Numbered from the whole stretch's first letter, positions 13,513 to 27,199 are shown. The stretch: 63,842 bases of DNA, filler included, from Octopus bimaculoides (GCF_001194135.2; 5 parts of 5 records of this genome joined end to end with filler, not necessarily neighbours in it); one strand, 5' to 3'. Notes: generated by a model from the letters alone, not told the origin. Made by a program: numbers and translations.

Positions 13513-14479
13513 CCATATGGAGAACGGAATTCGCATATCAGTCCCATAATTTCTTTTTTTATTTAACTGTTTCTTATAAAAAAATTAACGATAAAGTGTT
13601 ATTTCTTCATGAGATTTGGCTGCTATTTCTAGCTATTCAAGTAATCACAAAGCGGCTCTCTTGTCGACTCGCCATGTTAATGGTTATGTTTTCTGCACAT
13701 GCATAAATTGAGGATTTCTGCCGGGCTCAATGAAGTTACATTACCGAATTCCCTCCCCTTGGAGGGAACTGCGTATGTACCCTTATGTCATTATACAGCG
13801 TCTATAGTATTGCAGGATCCGTGTGCTTTATAATATATATATTCGGCAAACAGAGTTACCATACGCAATAATACTAGAACGACAGCGATGAATCAACTAC
13901 GACAACATGGCTTCTGTTACAACAGATAATTCGTCAGTCACGTGTTAAGTAACTTTAGGCTTCAAATGTGTGATTGCATCTTTTCAGAACATTACACAAC
14001 AATCATATATATTTTTCCTGTTATCATTTCATCACGGCTTACGTTTCCTTTATTACTATTATTATTATTATTATTAAATTAATATTCGTCTTCTTTGATA
14101 CGTTCTTATAATTACGGATTATCTCTTCAGGTAAAAAAAAAAATGTTATCATGATCGTTAATTTTTCTTTAAGGAGAACATAATGTCTGGTATAATATGT
14201 TAATATTTATTTCTATATGTTTCTGATATCAGGATAGTTTAATATTCGATTTCTGAATAGTATTAACTTTTATTTGCTTCACGTTTTTTTTTCTTAGGAC
14301 GGGAAGGGAGGTGGTGGTCGAGTGGGGTAGAGGGTATATCAAGATGCGAATTAATTAAATTCCGAACTGTTTTACTCAGATATTTAAGATTGTTAATCAT
14401 ATAGACACGTATAAATATATTCTTTATAACCCTGTATCAGACAAAATATTTTTTTAATTTTTACTGTATGTGTGTCTAT

Positions 14480-14577
<98 letters not shown>

Positions 14578-15138
14578 TTACGTATGGGTGTGTGCAAACA
14601 TATATCACACACCCAGACACAGAAATGCACACACATATATGCCTGTGTGTGTGTGTGTAATTATTATTATTATTATATATATAATCATATTATATATATT
14701 ATATATAGCTTATTATACTATATATATATGTATATATATATACAGTATTATATTGTCATTATATATATATATATTTATAATTATATTATTATTACTATTA
14801 ATATTATATATATATAATATATATATGATATATTCATATAATATATATATATGATATATTCATATAATATATATATTATATTTATATATATATGCATATA
14901 TATATATATAATGTCTATATGTATGTATATATATGTATATATATATAATGTGTATATGTATGTAAATATATGTATATACTTATAACTGTATTTATTATAT
15001 TATATTATATTATATTATATTATATTTATCTTATGATATTTACTTTACTTTATATTATACTCATTTATTGTGCTTTTAATTATTAATTTTTCTATATGTG
15101 ATAGTGGATTTTCATCGATGAGTTCTTGAAAATTGGTT

Positions 15139-15238
15139 NNNNNNNNNNNNNNNNNNNNNNNNNNNNNNNNNNNNNNNNNNNNTTAATTAATTAANNNNNN
15201 NNNNNNNNNNNNNNNNNNNNNNNNNNNNNNNNNNNNNN
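15139..15238. other. Assembly gap pad N44-TTAATTAATTAA-N44 (12-mer also at 29623, 46785 and 59658)
   Basis: The same 12-mer is centred in 100-bp N blocks four times; it places stop codons in all six frames. Confidence 0.9.
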
Positions 15239-15937
15239 TATATATATATATATATATATAAGCAATGTTAATTCTCTAAATGAAGTATTAACAGTAACTG
15301 CACGATAAAGTGTAGTATATTGCCACTTAAGTGTGGCTGACCCCTATATATATATAGGTTAAAAAAAACAATAACAAAAAAACAACAAAGTGAGGACGTG
15401 ATGCGGATAGTGTTATTGGACGCTCGGGAAAGGATATATATATATATATATGGGTAGGCGTATATATTCATATAGCTATGTATATATCTACATGTATATA
15501 TTTGTCCCTCTATCTCGCTTTCTCTATTTATCTCTTTCTCACTCTCTCTATCTCTCCTGCCACTCACTGCTGAGCTGCCATCATCATCATTATTATAGAT
15601 AATATTCTTCAGTCAGTCATGGCTGGCTCAGGTTGCTCCCGTTTCTTCCCGTTATACCACTCACTTACCACTACCAAACCAATCAAACAGCCTGTGTGTC
15701 TAGCCGATTTCCGCAAGATTCCTTCTTTGGACAACAACTCTAAAATAACAATAAAAATAATAATAACATTAACAATAACAATAGTAATAAGTAGCAGTAG
15801 ACTCCGCCGCTGCCCTACGAGATATTTAAGCCTTTAAGCTTCTATAACTGAAGTACTTGTAAACTCTGTTGTGTTCCCTCTCTCTACTCCTCTCTTGCAG
15901 AATTCCCTCCTCTTTCTTTTCTCTTCCCCTCTTTCTC

Positions 15938-16030
<93 letters not shown>

Positions 16031-16369
16031 CTCTTTTTTTTTTGTTTACTACCAAATCATAGGTGTCGGAACGTCGGCGACTAAACCGGCATCTCCATAT
16101 ACGGTGTTCTTCTTTCAATTTGGTCACCCTGCAGGATGAAATACAAGACCTGTCAAAATTGGTGTGAACTCTGAGGAATCGACGACCATCCAAATAAGCA
16201 ACTCTCTTTATTAATTGTGTGGCTTATTAAAACCTTACCGTTTAAGACAGCAGTAAAAATAACTCCGCCTACTTGTGGCTATACCTACTTTAGGGAAAGG
16301 ATTCGGAATTAAACCTCGAGGATACATCCGGAGCTGGAATCCCTAAAGCAGTTCGATACTATATATAAA

Positions 16370-16865
16370 TTCATTCTGGCAACTCCTGCGGCCCCACTGG
16401 CGCCAAGTCGTATTGGCACCGCCTTCCCTTGGATAACACTAGTAGCGGTAGAGAGAGGAGACGTGCTACATGGGCAACTGCCAACCTCCTATAAAAAAAA
16501 AATCTGCTCAAGGCTGCAACCTGGAGAATACACTCATCGTCTAACCGCGATAGAAAACACGGAAAGCAGCAGTCTACCGATTTGAAGCCTGCACATGGTT
16601 GGCGTAAAAGCAAAGCGCCAGGGGCTGCTTTCGGCGGAGGGAAAGGCGATTGTGCCTGACTGGACAGCTACCGCCCACCATAAGTTGGGTAGTCTCCAGG
16701 CATTTAGGTGCTATCTTGTTACAGTCCACCTGCTCCATTGGGTGTGTGGGGCATAGGGAAACTAATATCCTGAATCGTGGGCAGTAAACACTGCACTCAC
16801 TAAGAAAAACAATAAACAGACAAGAAAACAATGTAAGAAACCAGCAGTCAGACTTGCAAATTGGA

Positions 16866-16870
<5 letters not shown>
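16370..16870 (+). mobile_element. RTE (BovB-like) LINE 5'UTR and start of the APE endonuclease ORF
   Basis: GC-rich leader ending in KQCKKPAVRLANWNL (APE motif I-like, cf. LxLAxWNVRT), truncated at (TG)n and a gap. Confidence 0.55.
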
Positions 16871-16901
<31 letters not shown>

Positions 16902-17585
16902 NNNNNNNNNNNNNNNNNNNNNNNNNNNNNNNNNNNNNNNNNNNNNNNNNNNNNNNNNNNNNNNNNNNNNNNNNNNNNNNNNNNNNNNNNNNNNNNNNNN
17001 NNNNNNNNNNNNNNNNNNNNNNNNNNNNNNNNNNNNNNNNNNNNNNNNNNNNNNNNNNNNNNNNNNNNNNNNNNNNNNNNNNNNNNNNNNNNNNNNNNNN
17101 NNNNNNNNNNNNNNNNNNNNNNNNNNNNNNNNNNNNNNNNNNNNNNNNNNNNNNNNNNNNNNNNNNNNNNNNNNNNNNNNNNNNNNNNNNNNNNNNNNNN
17201 NNNNNNNNNNNNNNNNNNNNNNNNNNNNNNNNNNNNNNNNNNNNNNNNNNNNNNNNNNNNNNNNNNNNNNNNNNNNNNNNNNNNNNNNNNNNNNNNNNNN
17301 NNNNNNNNNNNNNNNNNNNNNNNNNNNNNNNNNNNNNNNNNNNNNNNNNNNNNNNNNNNNNNNNNNNNNNNNNNNNNNNNNNNNNNNNNNNNNNNNNNNN
17401 NNNNNNNNNNNNNNNNNNNNNNNNNNNNNNNNNNNNNNNNNNNNNNNNNNNNNNNNNNNNNNNNNNNNNNNNNNNNNNNNNNNNNNNNNNNNNNNNNNNN
17501 NNNNNNNNNNNNNNNNNNNNNNNNNNNNNNNNNNNNNNNNNNNNNNNNNNNNNNNNNNNNNNNNNNNNNNNNNNNNNNNNNNNNN

Positions 17586-17632
<47 letters not shown>

Positions 17633-19798
17633 AAATACATGTGTGTACACACCACATATATAATACTTATGCGTATATTAAGATGTACACTCTTATGCAT
17701 TTATATCATTATACATATATAAGTTATGAATGTATATACGCGCATACATAGAGACAATGCTGCAAATAAACACACAAAACTCCTTGGGTTTGATATACAG
17801 AACATATATTCATTTATATATGTAAATAAATAAAAGACAAAAACTGAATTATTTCCAGTTGATTAACATTCAGATAAAAACATGTATTCTGATTGTTCAA
17901 GATTTACGTATATTTATATTTATAAATTAATAGACTAAACTTACTGAGATCACATAGAGTCAGAGAATTAGAGGGGAGAATGTATGATGTTACAAGTCTG
18001 ACATCTGTTCCGGGTGCTCGGAGTTAGTAATGCTGGCAGGCGTAGTTCACCGAAAATTTGCAACAAGTAATGGAAACAGACAAACATTGTAAAGCACCGA
18101 CCTCGTTCTTCTGGTTGGAGAGAAAAGAATTAGTCCTTGGTGAAGATATCGGAGTGAGCTCTACAACGTGTTTTCTATANNNNNNNNNNNNNNNNNNNNN
18201 NNNNNNNNNNNNNNNNNNNNNNNNNNNNNNNNNNNNNNNNNNNNNNNNNNNNNNNNNNNNNNNNNNNNNNNNNNNNNNNNNNNNNNNNNNNNNNNNNNNN
18301 NNNNNNNNNNNNNNNNNNNNNNNNNNNNNNNNNNNNNNNNNNNNNNNNNNNNNNNNNNNNNNNNNNNNNNNNNNNNNNNNNNNNNNNNNNNNNNNNNNNN
18401 NNNNNNNNNNNNNNNNNNNNNNNNNNNNNNNNNNNNNNNNNNNNNNNNNNNNNNNNNNNNNNNNNNNNNNNNNNNNNNNNNNNNNNNNNNNNNNNNNNNN
18501 NNNNNNNNNNNNNNNNNNNNNNNNNNNNNNNNNNNNNNNNNNNNNNNNNNNNNNNNNNNNNNNNNNNNNNNNNNNNNNNNNNNNNNNNNNNNNNNNNNNN
18601 NNNNNNNNNNNNNNNNNNNNNNNNNNNNNNNNNNNNNNNNNNNNNNNNNNNNNNNNNNNNNNNNNNNNNNNNNNNNNNNNNNNNNNNNNNTATATATATT
18701 TACATCAGAAATCTATGGAATACGTATGTATCAGTTATGTTTGTAATGGAGGAATTTATACAATTAGTTTGTGAGAATTCTAACAATAATATCTAAACTT
18801 CTATAAACCTGTGATGAGTTACTCTGTTATTTTTCTGTTTATGGAGTAGTTGGAATCTTGCTGGTAGTGGGAAGGGGTTATTTTTGCTGTTCAGTCCCCT
18901 CATCTAATTGGTCATCTATTGTTTTAAAATGTCTTGGTTTAGCTACGGTTGGACAACCATTAACCGGTCAAATGAGTTAGGCATGAATATATATATACAT
19001 ATACGCATACATATACATTCATATATATACGTACACATATACGCACACACACACATACATGCTCACATATCTATATATACCTATATAAATGGAGTGTATA
19101 TAAATAATACAAAGACTAAACAAATTATCGAAAAGTTTATATGCGGAAAATATAAATATTCGTATGTATAAATGCACACATACACGACCTAACGAAAATA
19201 AGGAGCTAAGCAACAAAACAGTAACACAGCAATACTATAAAACTGATCGTATATATCTTCTTGGTATGTTGCCGTTAAACGCTAAGATTACGTCTAGAAT
19301 ACAGTCTCTGATTACTCACTAAAACTCATTCATATATAAATTATACCTACATATTTTCAAATTTTAGTTATTTTTAGTAAAAATACGATCAAAAGCTATT
19401 GTACTCGACAAATTGCCTCAGATTATGTTTAAAGTTAATTATGTCTGACAGCAGGATTCCCTCTATAGTTGAGTCACTTAACTAATAAACTCCTAAGGTA
19501 GTCATTCATAAACTTAGCGATTCGTCTATTTCTATATCTAATTACTTCTACTGGTAAATTTATATTTGGGACATTTTTTTTATTTTCCAAACATGAGTGA
19601 ATGGAGGTAACCCTAGATTTGGGTATCCTAAATAACTTATTAATCTAACGACTAATTAACCAATTCATCAGGTCACCAATCAATCAGCTAATCAATCAAT
19701 CAATCAATCCAAACCCTGGTTAAAAATAGCGTTACATACCAGAGTCCATAACCAAAAATCATACCCATGCATGTGTAATACATACACACACACGCGCG

Positions 19799-19913
<115 letters not shown>

Positions 19914-21539
19914 CACCCACGTATACGATCATCTTTCTACATACATATACATCCCATATACATGTTTGTGCGTACACACTTATACAACCAACTACCTACA
20001 TACATGCATAAACACACATATATATACCTATATACATACCTACCTACACATATCCTCATACACAAAGATATCAGCATAAAACAATCACATATACATATAT
20101 GCCTATTTTCACATACATACAATTGTATTCATACACCAGTATATATACATATACATGTACATATAGGTATGTTATACTTACTTAATTGCCAATACAAGTA
20201 TATATACATACCTAGATATAAGTGCATACCTACCTAAAACTTTATATATGTGTACATATAAATATATACATTTAAATACATACAATTACTCAATATACCT
20301 ACAAATGCTTACAAATATATACATACATCCACCTGTAAATACATCTATATATGCACACATATACATATATAAATAAATACATATATAATACAGAAGTAGT
20401 ATTTATAGTAATAAATCCACATATAAATACATCCATATATACATATATATACGCATACACATATACCTTCAAATACATATATAAATACAGAAGTAGTATT
20501 TATTGTAATAAGTACTCACAGATATATTTATGCCCACATTTATATAATTATATCTAACTAAATATATATCCTCATTTATATATATCTGCTTAATTATCAT
20601 ATGTTAACTCTAAATAATTACTATTACATTAGATGTGGTATTTCAATACTAGGTTCTATTTTTATTTAATATATCTGCATAATTATCATGTGTTAGCTAA
20701 TACAATATAAAATAGTAATAATGGTTAATTCTAAATAATTACTATTACGTCAGAAGTGGTATTTGGCGACTCCAAATACACGTTCAATTTAGTAAATTGA
20801 ACGTGTACTTGCAAGCTGATTTAATTTCTGCCAGCACTGACTTCGAGTATGTAATTTCAGTCAATAACTCTGGCTCCTTTTATTGAACCTGGTTGCAGTT
20901 CCTTTATTTTCGTTCAGCGTCTTAGAGGTGTCCTGTTTCAAAAGATATCATTCGTAGCAGACGTTCTCTCGATATCGTTCACACGCGCCTGACTCGGGCT
21001 CAGAATTTACTGCCCAAGTTGTTATCTATAATCGTAAAAATCAAAAGTAATTCAAATTCAATGTTTTCTTGAAACAATAAACTTCCATAGAGATTAGGAT
21101 TTAAAATCCAATCTATGAAAAGTTTCCCTTCTACAATATTCTTAAAGGAACGAAAAATTATCCAGCAACTCGGGCTAATACGAACGAGCCTGGTGGATGT
21201 AAAAGACTTACTAGCATCTCTTGTCAAGCGTACAGGTGACGGTCAGATCGCTGATGTTTGTTGTGCAGTCCGTTGTCGTTATTTCATAGTTGTTATTCTG
21301 TGCGTCTGTGTGTAAGGATCAGTTGTGTTTTGCAGGGCTGCTTTATTTTTACCCTTAACTTAGAAATGGAAAAATGGAGATATAAAATGGAGAAATGGAG
21401 ATATAAAAAAGAAGCCATTTAGCGCTAGAAATAAAGCGGAAACACGTGAAATTCTTCGATCAGACATGTGTCTTATGCGAAATCTGTGATGAGCCCGAGT
21501 GACGAAATCTGTCCATTTTTTGTTCTAATGCATCTACTA

Positions 21540-22800
21540 GTATGCCTGTGTTGACACGTTCGATATATGTTATCATTGTACTTGGATACTGTGAATGTTT
21601 TATCCTGTTTGTTCATATTGAATTTTGCCTTTGTTAATAGTTTATTTGGGTAATGTGGTTGCCTTTTATTTAAGAAAAGTGTTTGATTAGTTATATTTTT
21701 TTAAAATTTTTTATTTTGTTTCATGATTGGCAAATTTGTTTTGATGATGTTAAAAATGTTTTGGTGATGCGGATTGTCTGTTACTAGAAATGTATTGTGT
21801 TTCGTTGATGGGTTCGTCTTTCTCATGTTGCTCTAAGTTGTTCTATAAGTATCTCTTTTGCTCGTTGTGTGCTATTTTTTATATGTACGAGAGGGTATTT
21901 TTGCTTGAGCAGAAATCCTTTGAGTTCTATAAATCGTATGTTCCTGGTATTTGTTCCATCTACTATAGTACAAATTTTCCCGGCTAGACAATACATGATG
22001 TTGCGTTTTGTGCGTGTTGAGTGGAATGATTTGAAATTTAAGTACTGGTGTGTATCTGTGCTTTTGAGATAAACATCAGATGTGATTGTGGTGTTATTTT
22101 TAATTGCCATTATTACGGTAATTGTGTGTTGCTCATTTCTCTTGTGAATTTGAGACTAGGGTGTAGATTGTTGAGAGGGTGCTGAATTCTTCCAGATTTT
22201 TCTAGGGATTTGGTCCAAATTAGGAAACAATCATCGAGGTATCTTTTCCATATGTCATCTATGTGTCTTCTAAAGGTAATGCGGTAGTTTTCTTCAATTT
22301 TTTCAAATAAGTTTTGTTTCAAAATCTCAATACTGAGTTTGCAGAAACTGGAGCAAATCGCGTCCCCATAGCTGTACCTCGAATTTAGAGGTATTTTTTT
22401 TCCGTTGAGAAAGAATGTATTGTTTTCGAAGATGAGGCTCACCGCGTCTAGTATGAAGGTTACAGTAAATCTATTGGGGATCACTTCTCTGTTTCTCGAC
22501 TTAATATTTTATGGCAGTAATTCCCAAATCATGTGAAATGTTAGTATATAAGTTTGTTACATCAAAACTAACTAACAGTGAAACGGATTCTGTTGTTTTA
22601 GGGAGATGTGACAGGAAATCGATGCCATCCCGAATGAAACTGGGTATATGACTACATAGTGGTTTTAGGATAATGTCAATGAGGTTGGTCAGACGATGTG
22701 TAGGATAGGCTGGACCAGTTATAATGGGTCTTAGTTTAAAATCTTTTGGTTGTAGTAGTTTTATGCATCCACTAACTTGTTTCTTTATGGCATTTTATAT
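21540..22800 (-). mobile_element. Penelope-like element reverse transcriptase (degenerate)
   Basis: LRPIITGPAYPTHRL, LVSFDVTNLYTNI, WKRYLDDCFLIW, LNNLHPSLKFT and DVYLKSTDTHQYL are PLE-type RT motifs; frameshifted. Confidence 0.9.
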
Positions 22801-23035
22801 TGTGTATTTTAGGTAAATCAGAAAAAATACAAAACACCATTCAAATTAATATATCCGAAAATATATAGTAACACTGCATTATCAAGGAAATCCAAAATTA
22901 ACTAGATTCAAAGAGAGCTAAGAAAATTTCTCCAGTAGTAGAACGCATACATAAAGAATGTTCAGAAGAAATACAATATTCTAAGGAAAACCAGTTTAGT
23001 ATTTAACTTTTGACGACGTCAGTAGATAACAATTT

Positions 23036-23202
23036 TTTTTCTCCGTGTTTTTCTCCTTGTCTCCGTATTCTTTCTGTTGAAGAGCGTAGCTCGAAACGTC
23101 AAAGACTTTCCGTATTCCCGAGCGTCATACTAATATATACTTTTGTTATTTACACCACCTGTCCTCGTCTGTTGTTATTATTTGTATATTCTCCCATATA
23201 TA
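23036..23202 (+). mobile_element. 167-bp hammerhead-bearing repeat, copy 1 (Penelope pseudo-LTR or retrozyme-like)
   Basis: Identical by eye to 31696-31862; contains the hammerhead motif. Confidence 0.75.
23069..23105 (+). ncRNA. Minimal type-I hammerhead ribozyme, variant core (family A, copy 1)
   Basis: TCTTT-CTGTTGAA-GAGC gta GCTC-GAAA-C-GTC-AAAGA: 5-bp stem I, 4-bp stem II, palindromic ACGT stem III, GUC triplet. Confidence 0.65.
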
Positions 23203-23589
23203 CAAACATACATACATACATACATACATACATACATACATACATAAATGCATACATACATACATAAATGCATACATACATACATACATACATACATACA
23301 TACATACATACATGCATGCATACATGCATGCGTGCATGCATACATACATACATACATACATACATACATACATACATACATACATACATACCCTGTTGTT
23401 GATGTTTAAATTCCAATCTTGAAATGAAACTGAACAATGACATGCACACGTACATACATATTCTTTTATATATTGTTTTACTCGTTTCAGTAAAGCGGCT
23501 GCGGTATGTAGGAGCACCACCATGATTTTGAACTTTTACATATCACTCTTCTTTGGCTGCGTTCTTCAAGATGGTAGCGTTTCATATCA

Positions 23590-24950
23590 CCACTTCTGCA
23601 CGTGTTTTCTCTCTTGGTTGTTAGCCCATTTAGTGTATGAGGAAGTTTAAAACTGCTGGTCTTATCTGTGCCTCATGCCGGCCTGTTGGTTCATCCGGAA
23701 TCGCGGATAGCAGAATGTCCATTTTGATTCTCGAGACAAACACGTCCATATTGATTGCGACTGAGAACAAAGGTCCTCCAGTGTTCAACATGATATCTTT
23801 GTCTCTTGTCTTGAAGAATTTTAGTATCCATCCTTCCAGTTGTCTGTACTCTACACTTTATTGCCATCTTGGTAATGTGTATATGAATGATACATCATTA
23901 CACATACTGATCCCCAAGTCTCTCCCTGTCTGAGATTCTTGGACTGCAGTATCTTCGGTTCTTGTATATGCAGGCTGTGGTGTATTTAAGACTGATAGCG
24001 CAGTGCTTGAAATTTTCCAGCTTTAAACTGCATATTGTTTTCTTGAGCCCACTTATATATTGCATTTAGGTCCTGTTGTAAGCTTGCTACAACATCTGGG
24101 TTCTTTATTGCCTGTGATAATTTTGTATCATCGGAATAGCTAATGACAATGGCTGTCTGAGTGACTAAGGGCATGTCTAAAAAGGATATAAACAATAATG
24201 GCTCCAAGACAGTTCCCTGGGTGGGGCACCTCTCAGAATTTGTGTTTCCCCAGAGAGGCCACGATTCGCTGAAATTACCTAACTTCTATTTTTTAAGAAG
24301 TTATAGCAGCTATCCAAACGGCTTGACATAGCATCCCATGATCCACCTTATCCAAGGCCTTTGCGAAGTCAACATAAATCACATTGACATCTGAGAGGTG
24401 AAGCAGCTGCTTCAAAACACAGTTATAGTGCCATACGAGCTGTATGAAGCAGCTTCTTGGACGGAAGCCATGCTGTGTATCGTTCAGGAACGTTATCCAT
24501 TTCTTTCTGACGATTCGTTCCATGACTTTACTGATATATGAATTCAGAGAGATTGGCCTGTAGCTTTTAGTCTCTCCTCTGCTCCCGTCTATATGGATAG
24601 AGCTTATAATGCCTTCTGTTATCTTTTGAGGAAGTTTATCACTAGCAAGGAAACTCTGGAAAAGTATCTGAAGTTGTTTTGCTAGTGCCTGCTTGCATGA
24701 CTTCAGGAGAATAACTGGGAAGCGGTCGGAACCAGTTGCTGAACTTAAACTAATTTCGTCTATAGCCGCTATTATATCTGCTTCCTCGATGACAGTGTAA
24801 TCGATAGTTGCCGCCTTCGTTTACAGAGCTGTTATGGCAAAGAACTCAGCCTGGTATTTTTTTTTGGCATTTGTCCCAGGGGAAGATGTGGACTTTAAAT
24901 TGTTCACTCTACGCTTCACCTATCCTTTTCGGGTCCGCGGTCAGTGGGTC
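23590..24950 (-). mobile_element. CR1-group LINE RT and C-terminal region (degenerate)
   Basis: QHGFRPRSC, VIYVDFAKALDKVDHG, SYSDDTKL, LQQDLNAIYKWAQENNMQF, RDLGISM and GWILKFFKTRD, collinear on the minus strand. Confidence 0.85.
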
Positions 24951-25078
24951 ATTCCCTAGGAATAATGTTATTATTTTGTAGTGTTCTGTGGATGTTTCGT
25001 ATGGAGATTTCTAGAATGAGTTAGAGTTTGTTATACTGGTTCAAACCTTTTATAACACATTTGGCAAATGTAAAATTA

Positions 25079-25325
25079 TTAGTCCCTTACAGTTCTATAT
25101 TTAAGAGATGAGGAATTATGTACATTATTTACATTATTTACAATTGACGGATATTCGTCCTCATCTTGTTTGCTATTAACACAACGTTTCGGCTGATATA
25201 CTCTCCATCCCAGGTTCGAAATTTCCCCAAGACACCTGATGAAGGCTGGAGGGTATATCAGTCGAAACGTTGTGTTAACAACAAACATGATGAGAACGAA
25301 TATCCGTCAATTGTAAATAATGAAT
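25079..25325. mobile_element. Penelope-type pseudo-LTR in inverted arrangement
   Basis: ~80-bp arms (about 25128-25209 and 25244-25325) are reverse complements with few mismatches. A homologous single copy lies at 62240-62415. Confidence 0.7.
25231..25276 (+). ncRNA. Minimal type-I hammerhead ribozyme (family B)
   Basis: GACAC-CTGATGAA-GGCTG gagggtatat CAGTC-GAAA-C-GTT-GTGTT. Confidence 0.7.
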
Positions 25326-25763
25326 TTGTCCCTTTGATCAAGACAAGCCTCAATAGTCTTAGCTTTGGTGGTGAGAAATGATTGGACATAATCATCTCCG
25401 TGGTGGCCATTTTCCTGGCTAACAAGTATTAACACTTCTTTCTAGAGAAGAGAATTGGATTTTTTTGTGAAATTAAATCTGTTTTTTCTTGAAATGTTAC
25501 CTCATTTTGTTTCACTGTTGCTAATAGTTTTCACTCGGATTTTTTCATATTTTCTTTGCATTATTTAAGTTTCAATTGTGTAAATCGATCAGTCCGTCAC
25601 TACTTCGCTGACTTACCAAAATCCATGTAATCTGCTGTTTTGAGTACTTATTTTGTACTTGTTATATTCTGTTATTGACTCAAATAAAAGTTCCGGGTAT
25701 AAAAGAAAATCAAACGAATTCTGTAAATATGTTTTTAGTTAACGAGATTTTGCGTTTATATAT

Positions 25764-26813
25764 TGTTACGAACGCCCGCACGCGAAGCACCTCCTTAACG
25801 AAGAGAAAACTCTCGCGCGCGCGAACGTCGACGCTCAGTGAGTCGGGATGTTCGCCACGGCCACTAAGCCCCGGCCGGAGCACACAACGAAGACAACAGG
25901 CAAAAGGAGGAGGAAGAAATAACACGGAGACCATACGTTGGGTAGCGGAACTAACTTTTTTTCTTTTTACATCAGACAAAACATTACATCATCAATACAT
26001 TGCAGCATAACAATAAATTCAATAGCATATAACAATAGCGCATGCAACATAATCAAAGGTTTACAATCATTACATAAGCAAGAGTTCGTACATCAAGTCC
26101 ATTAAAAGTTCTTTTACTTCTTTGTTTTCTTTTCAGTTAAACAACATGTAACAAAGTTCTTTCTTTTTTTTCTCTTTTAAGTTNNNNNNNNNNNNNNNNN
26201 NNNNNNNNNNNNNNNNNNNNNNNNNNNNNNNNNNNNNNNNNNNNNNNNNNNNNNNNNNNNNNNNNNNNNNNNNNNNNNNNNNNNNNNNNNNNNNNNNNNN
26301 NNNNNNNNNNNNNNNNNNNNNNNNNNNNNNNNNNNNNNNNNNNNNNNNNNNNNNNNNNNNNNNNNNNNNNNNNNNNNNNNNNNNNNNNNNNNNNNNNNNN
26401 NNNNNNNNNNNNNNNNNNNNNNNNNNNNNNNNNNNNNNNNNNNNNNNNNNNNNNNNNNNNNNNNNNNNNNNNNNNNNNNNNNNNNNNNNNNNNNNNNNNN
26501 NNNNNNNNNNNNNNNNNNNNNNNNNNNNNNNNNNNNNNNNNNNNNNNNNNNCTTCATCCAACTACTGGACATCTTCACTTCATCCAACTCCCTGGCCAAC
26601 TGCCTTCGCCAACTGCTTGATCCCAACTCCGTACGCCAACTGTTCGCGCCAATTCTTTGTTTATCACAAATACCGTAGCTTTACAGTGCTACCTTACCCC
26701 CCTCCCAAAGCTGGGTCAGTCCAGTACAATTCCTCACTTGTTTTTCTGAACTTTTGGTGACCGGAAAGGGTCACCGATCACTCCTACGCTAAAAATAGCT
26801 GTACTTGTTCACA
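25764..26813. mobile_element. CpG-rich LTR-like or other TE segment (unclassified)
   Basis: Abrupt GC/CpG-rich block starting TGTTACG and ending near GTTCACA. No TSD found and a gap lies inside. Confidence 0.25.
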
Positions 26814-27199
26814 AGACAAAGGAAATACCATTATCCTCAACAACCAGAATACGGTTTCAAAACCCAGCTCGGGAGATAGGGATATAACATTAATTTGTAT
26901 TTCAGCGGTCCGTATCAATATATATATATATTTCATTGAAATTTATTTGAAGTTTTTTAAATATATTTTCCAAATTTGGATTGTATTGAATTCCTAATCT
27001 TTTCGTTTTTACTTGATTCAGTCACTGGACTGCACTCATACTGGAACACTGTTTGAAAGATGTTTTCAGTAAAATAAATCAACTTTACTGCTTATAGAAC
27101 GAGAGAAGACCCTTGTCGAAGATGCTGTGCACTAGATGTGGTCACCATATTACGTGGCTTCAAAAAGATCTTTACTTACATTTTGAATATTTATGAGAA

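Noticed and set aside
15183-15194. TTAATTAATTAA recurring four times inside N runs
   Set aside because: Assembly padding (fixed N44-12mer-N44 format, stops in all frames), not a biological motif.
16405-16485. Possible HDV-like ribozyme in the RTE 5'UTR (TGGCA/TGCCA P2, GTAGC/GCTAC P4)
   Set aside because: P1 would have 2 mismatches in 7 bp, L3 lacks the U20/G25 pair, and J4/2 is non-canonical. It could be revisited with the family consensus.
21481-21520. Hammerhead-like TGATGAG...CGAAA...GTC on the + strand
   Set aside because: C3 is absent, stems I and II pair poorly, and it lies antisense at the decayed end of the Penelope coding region; probably chance.
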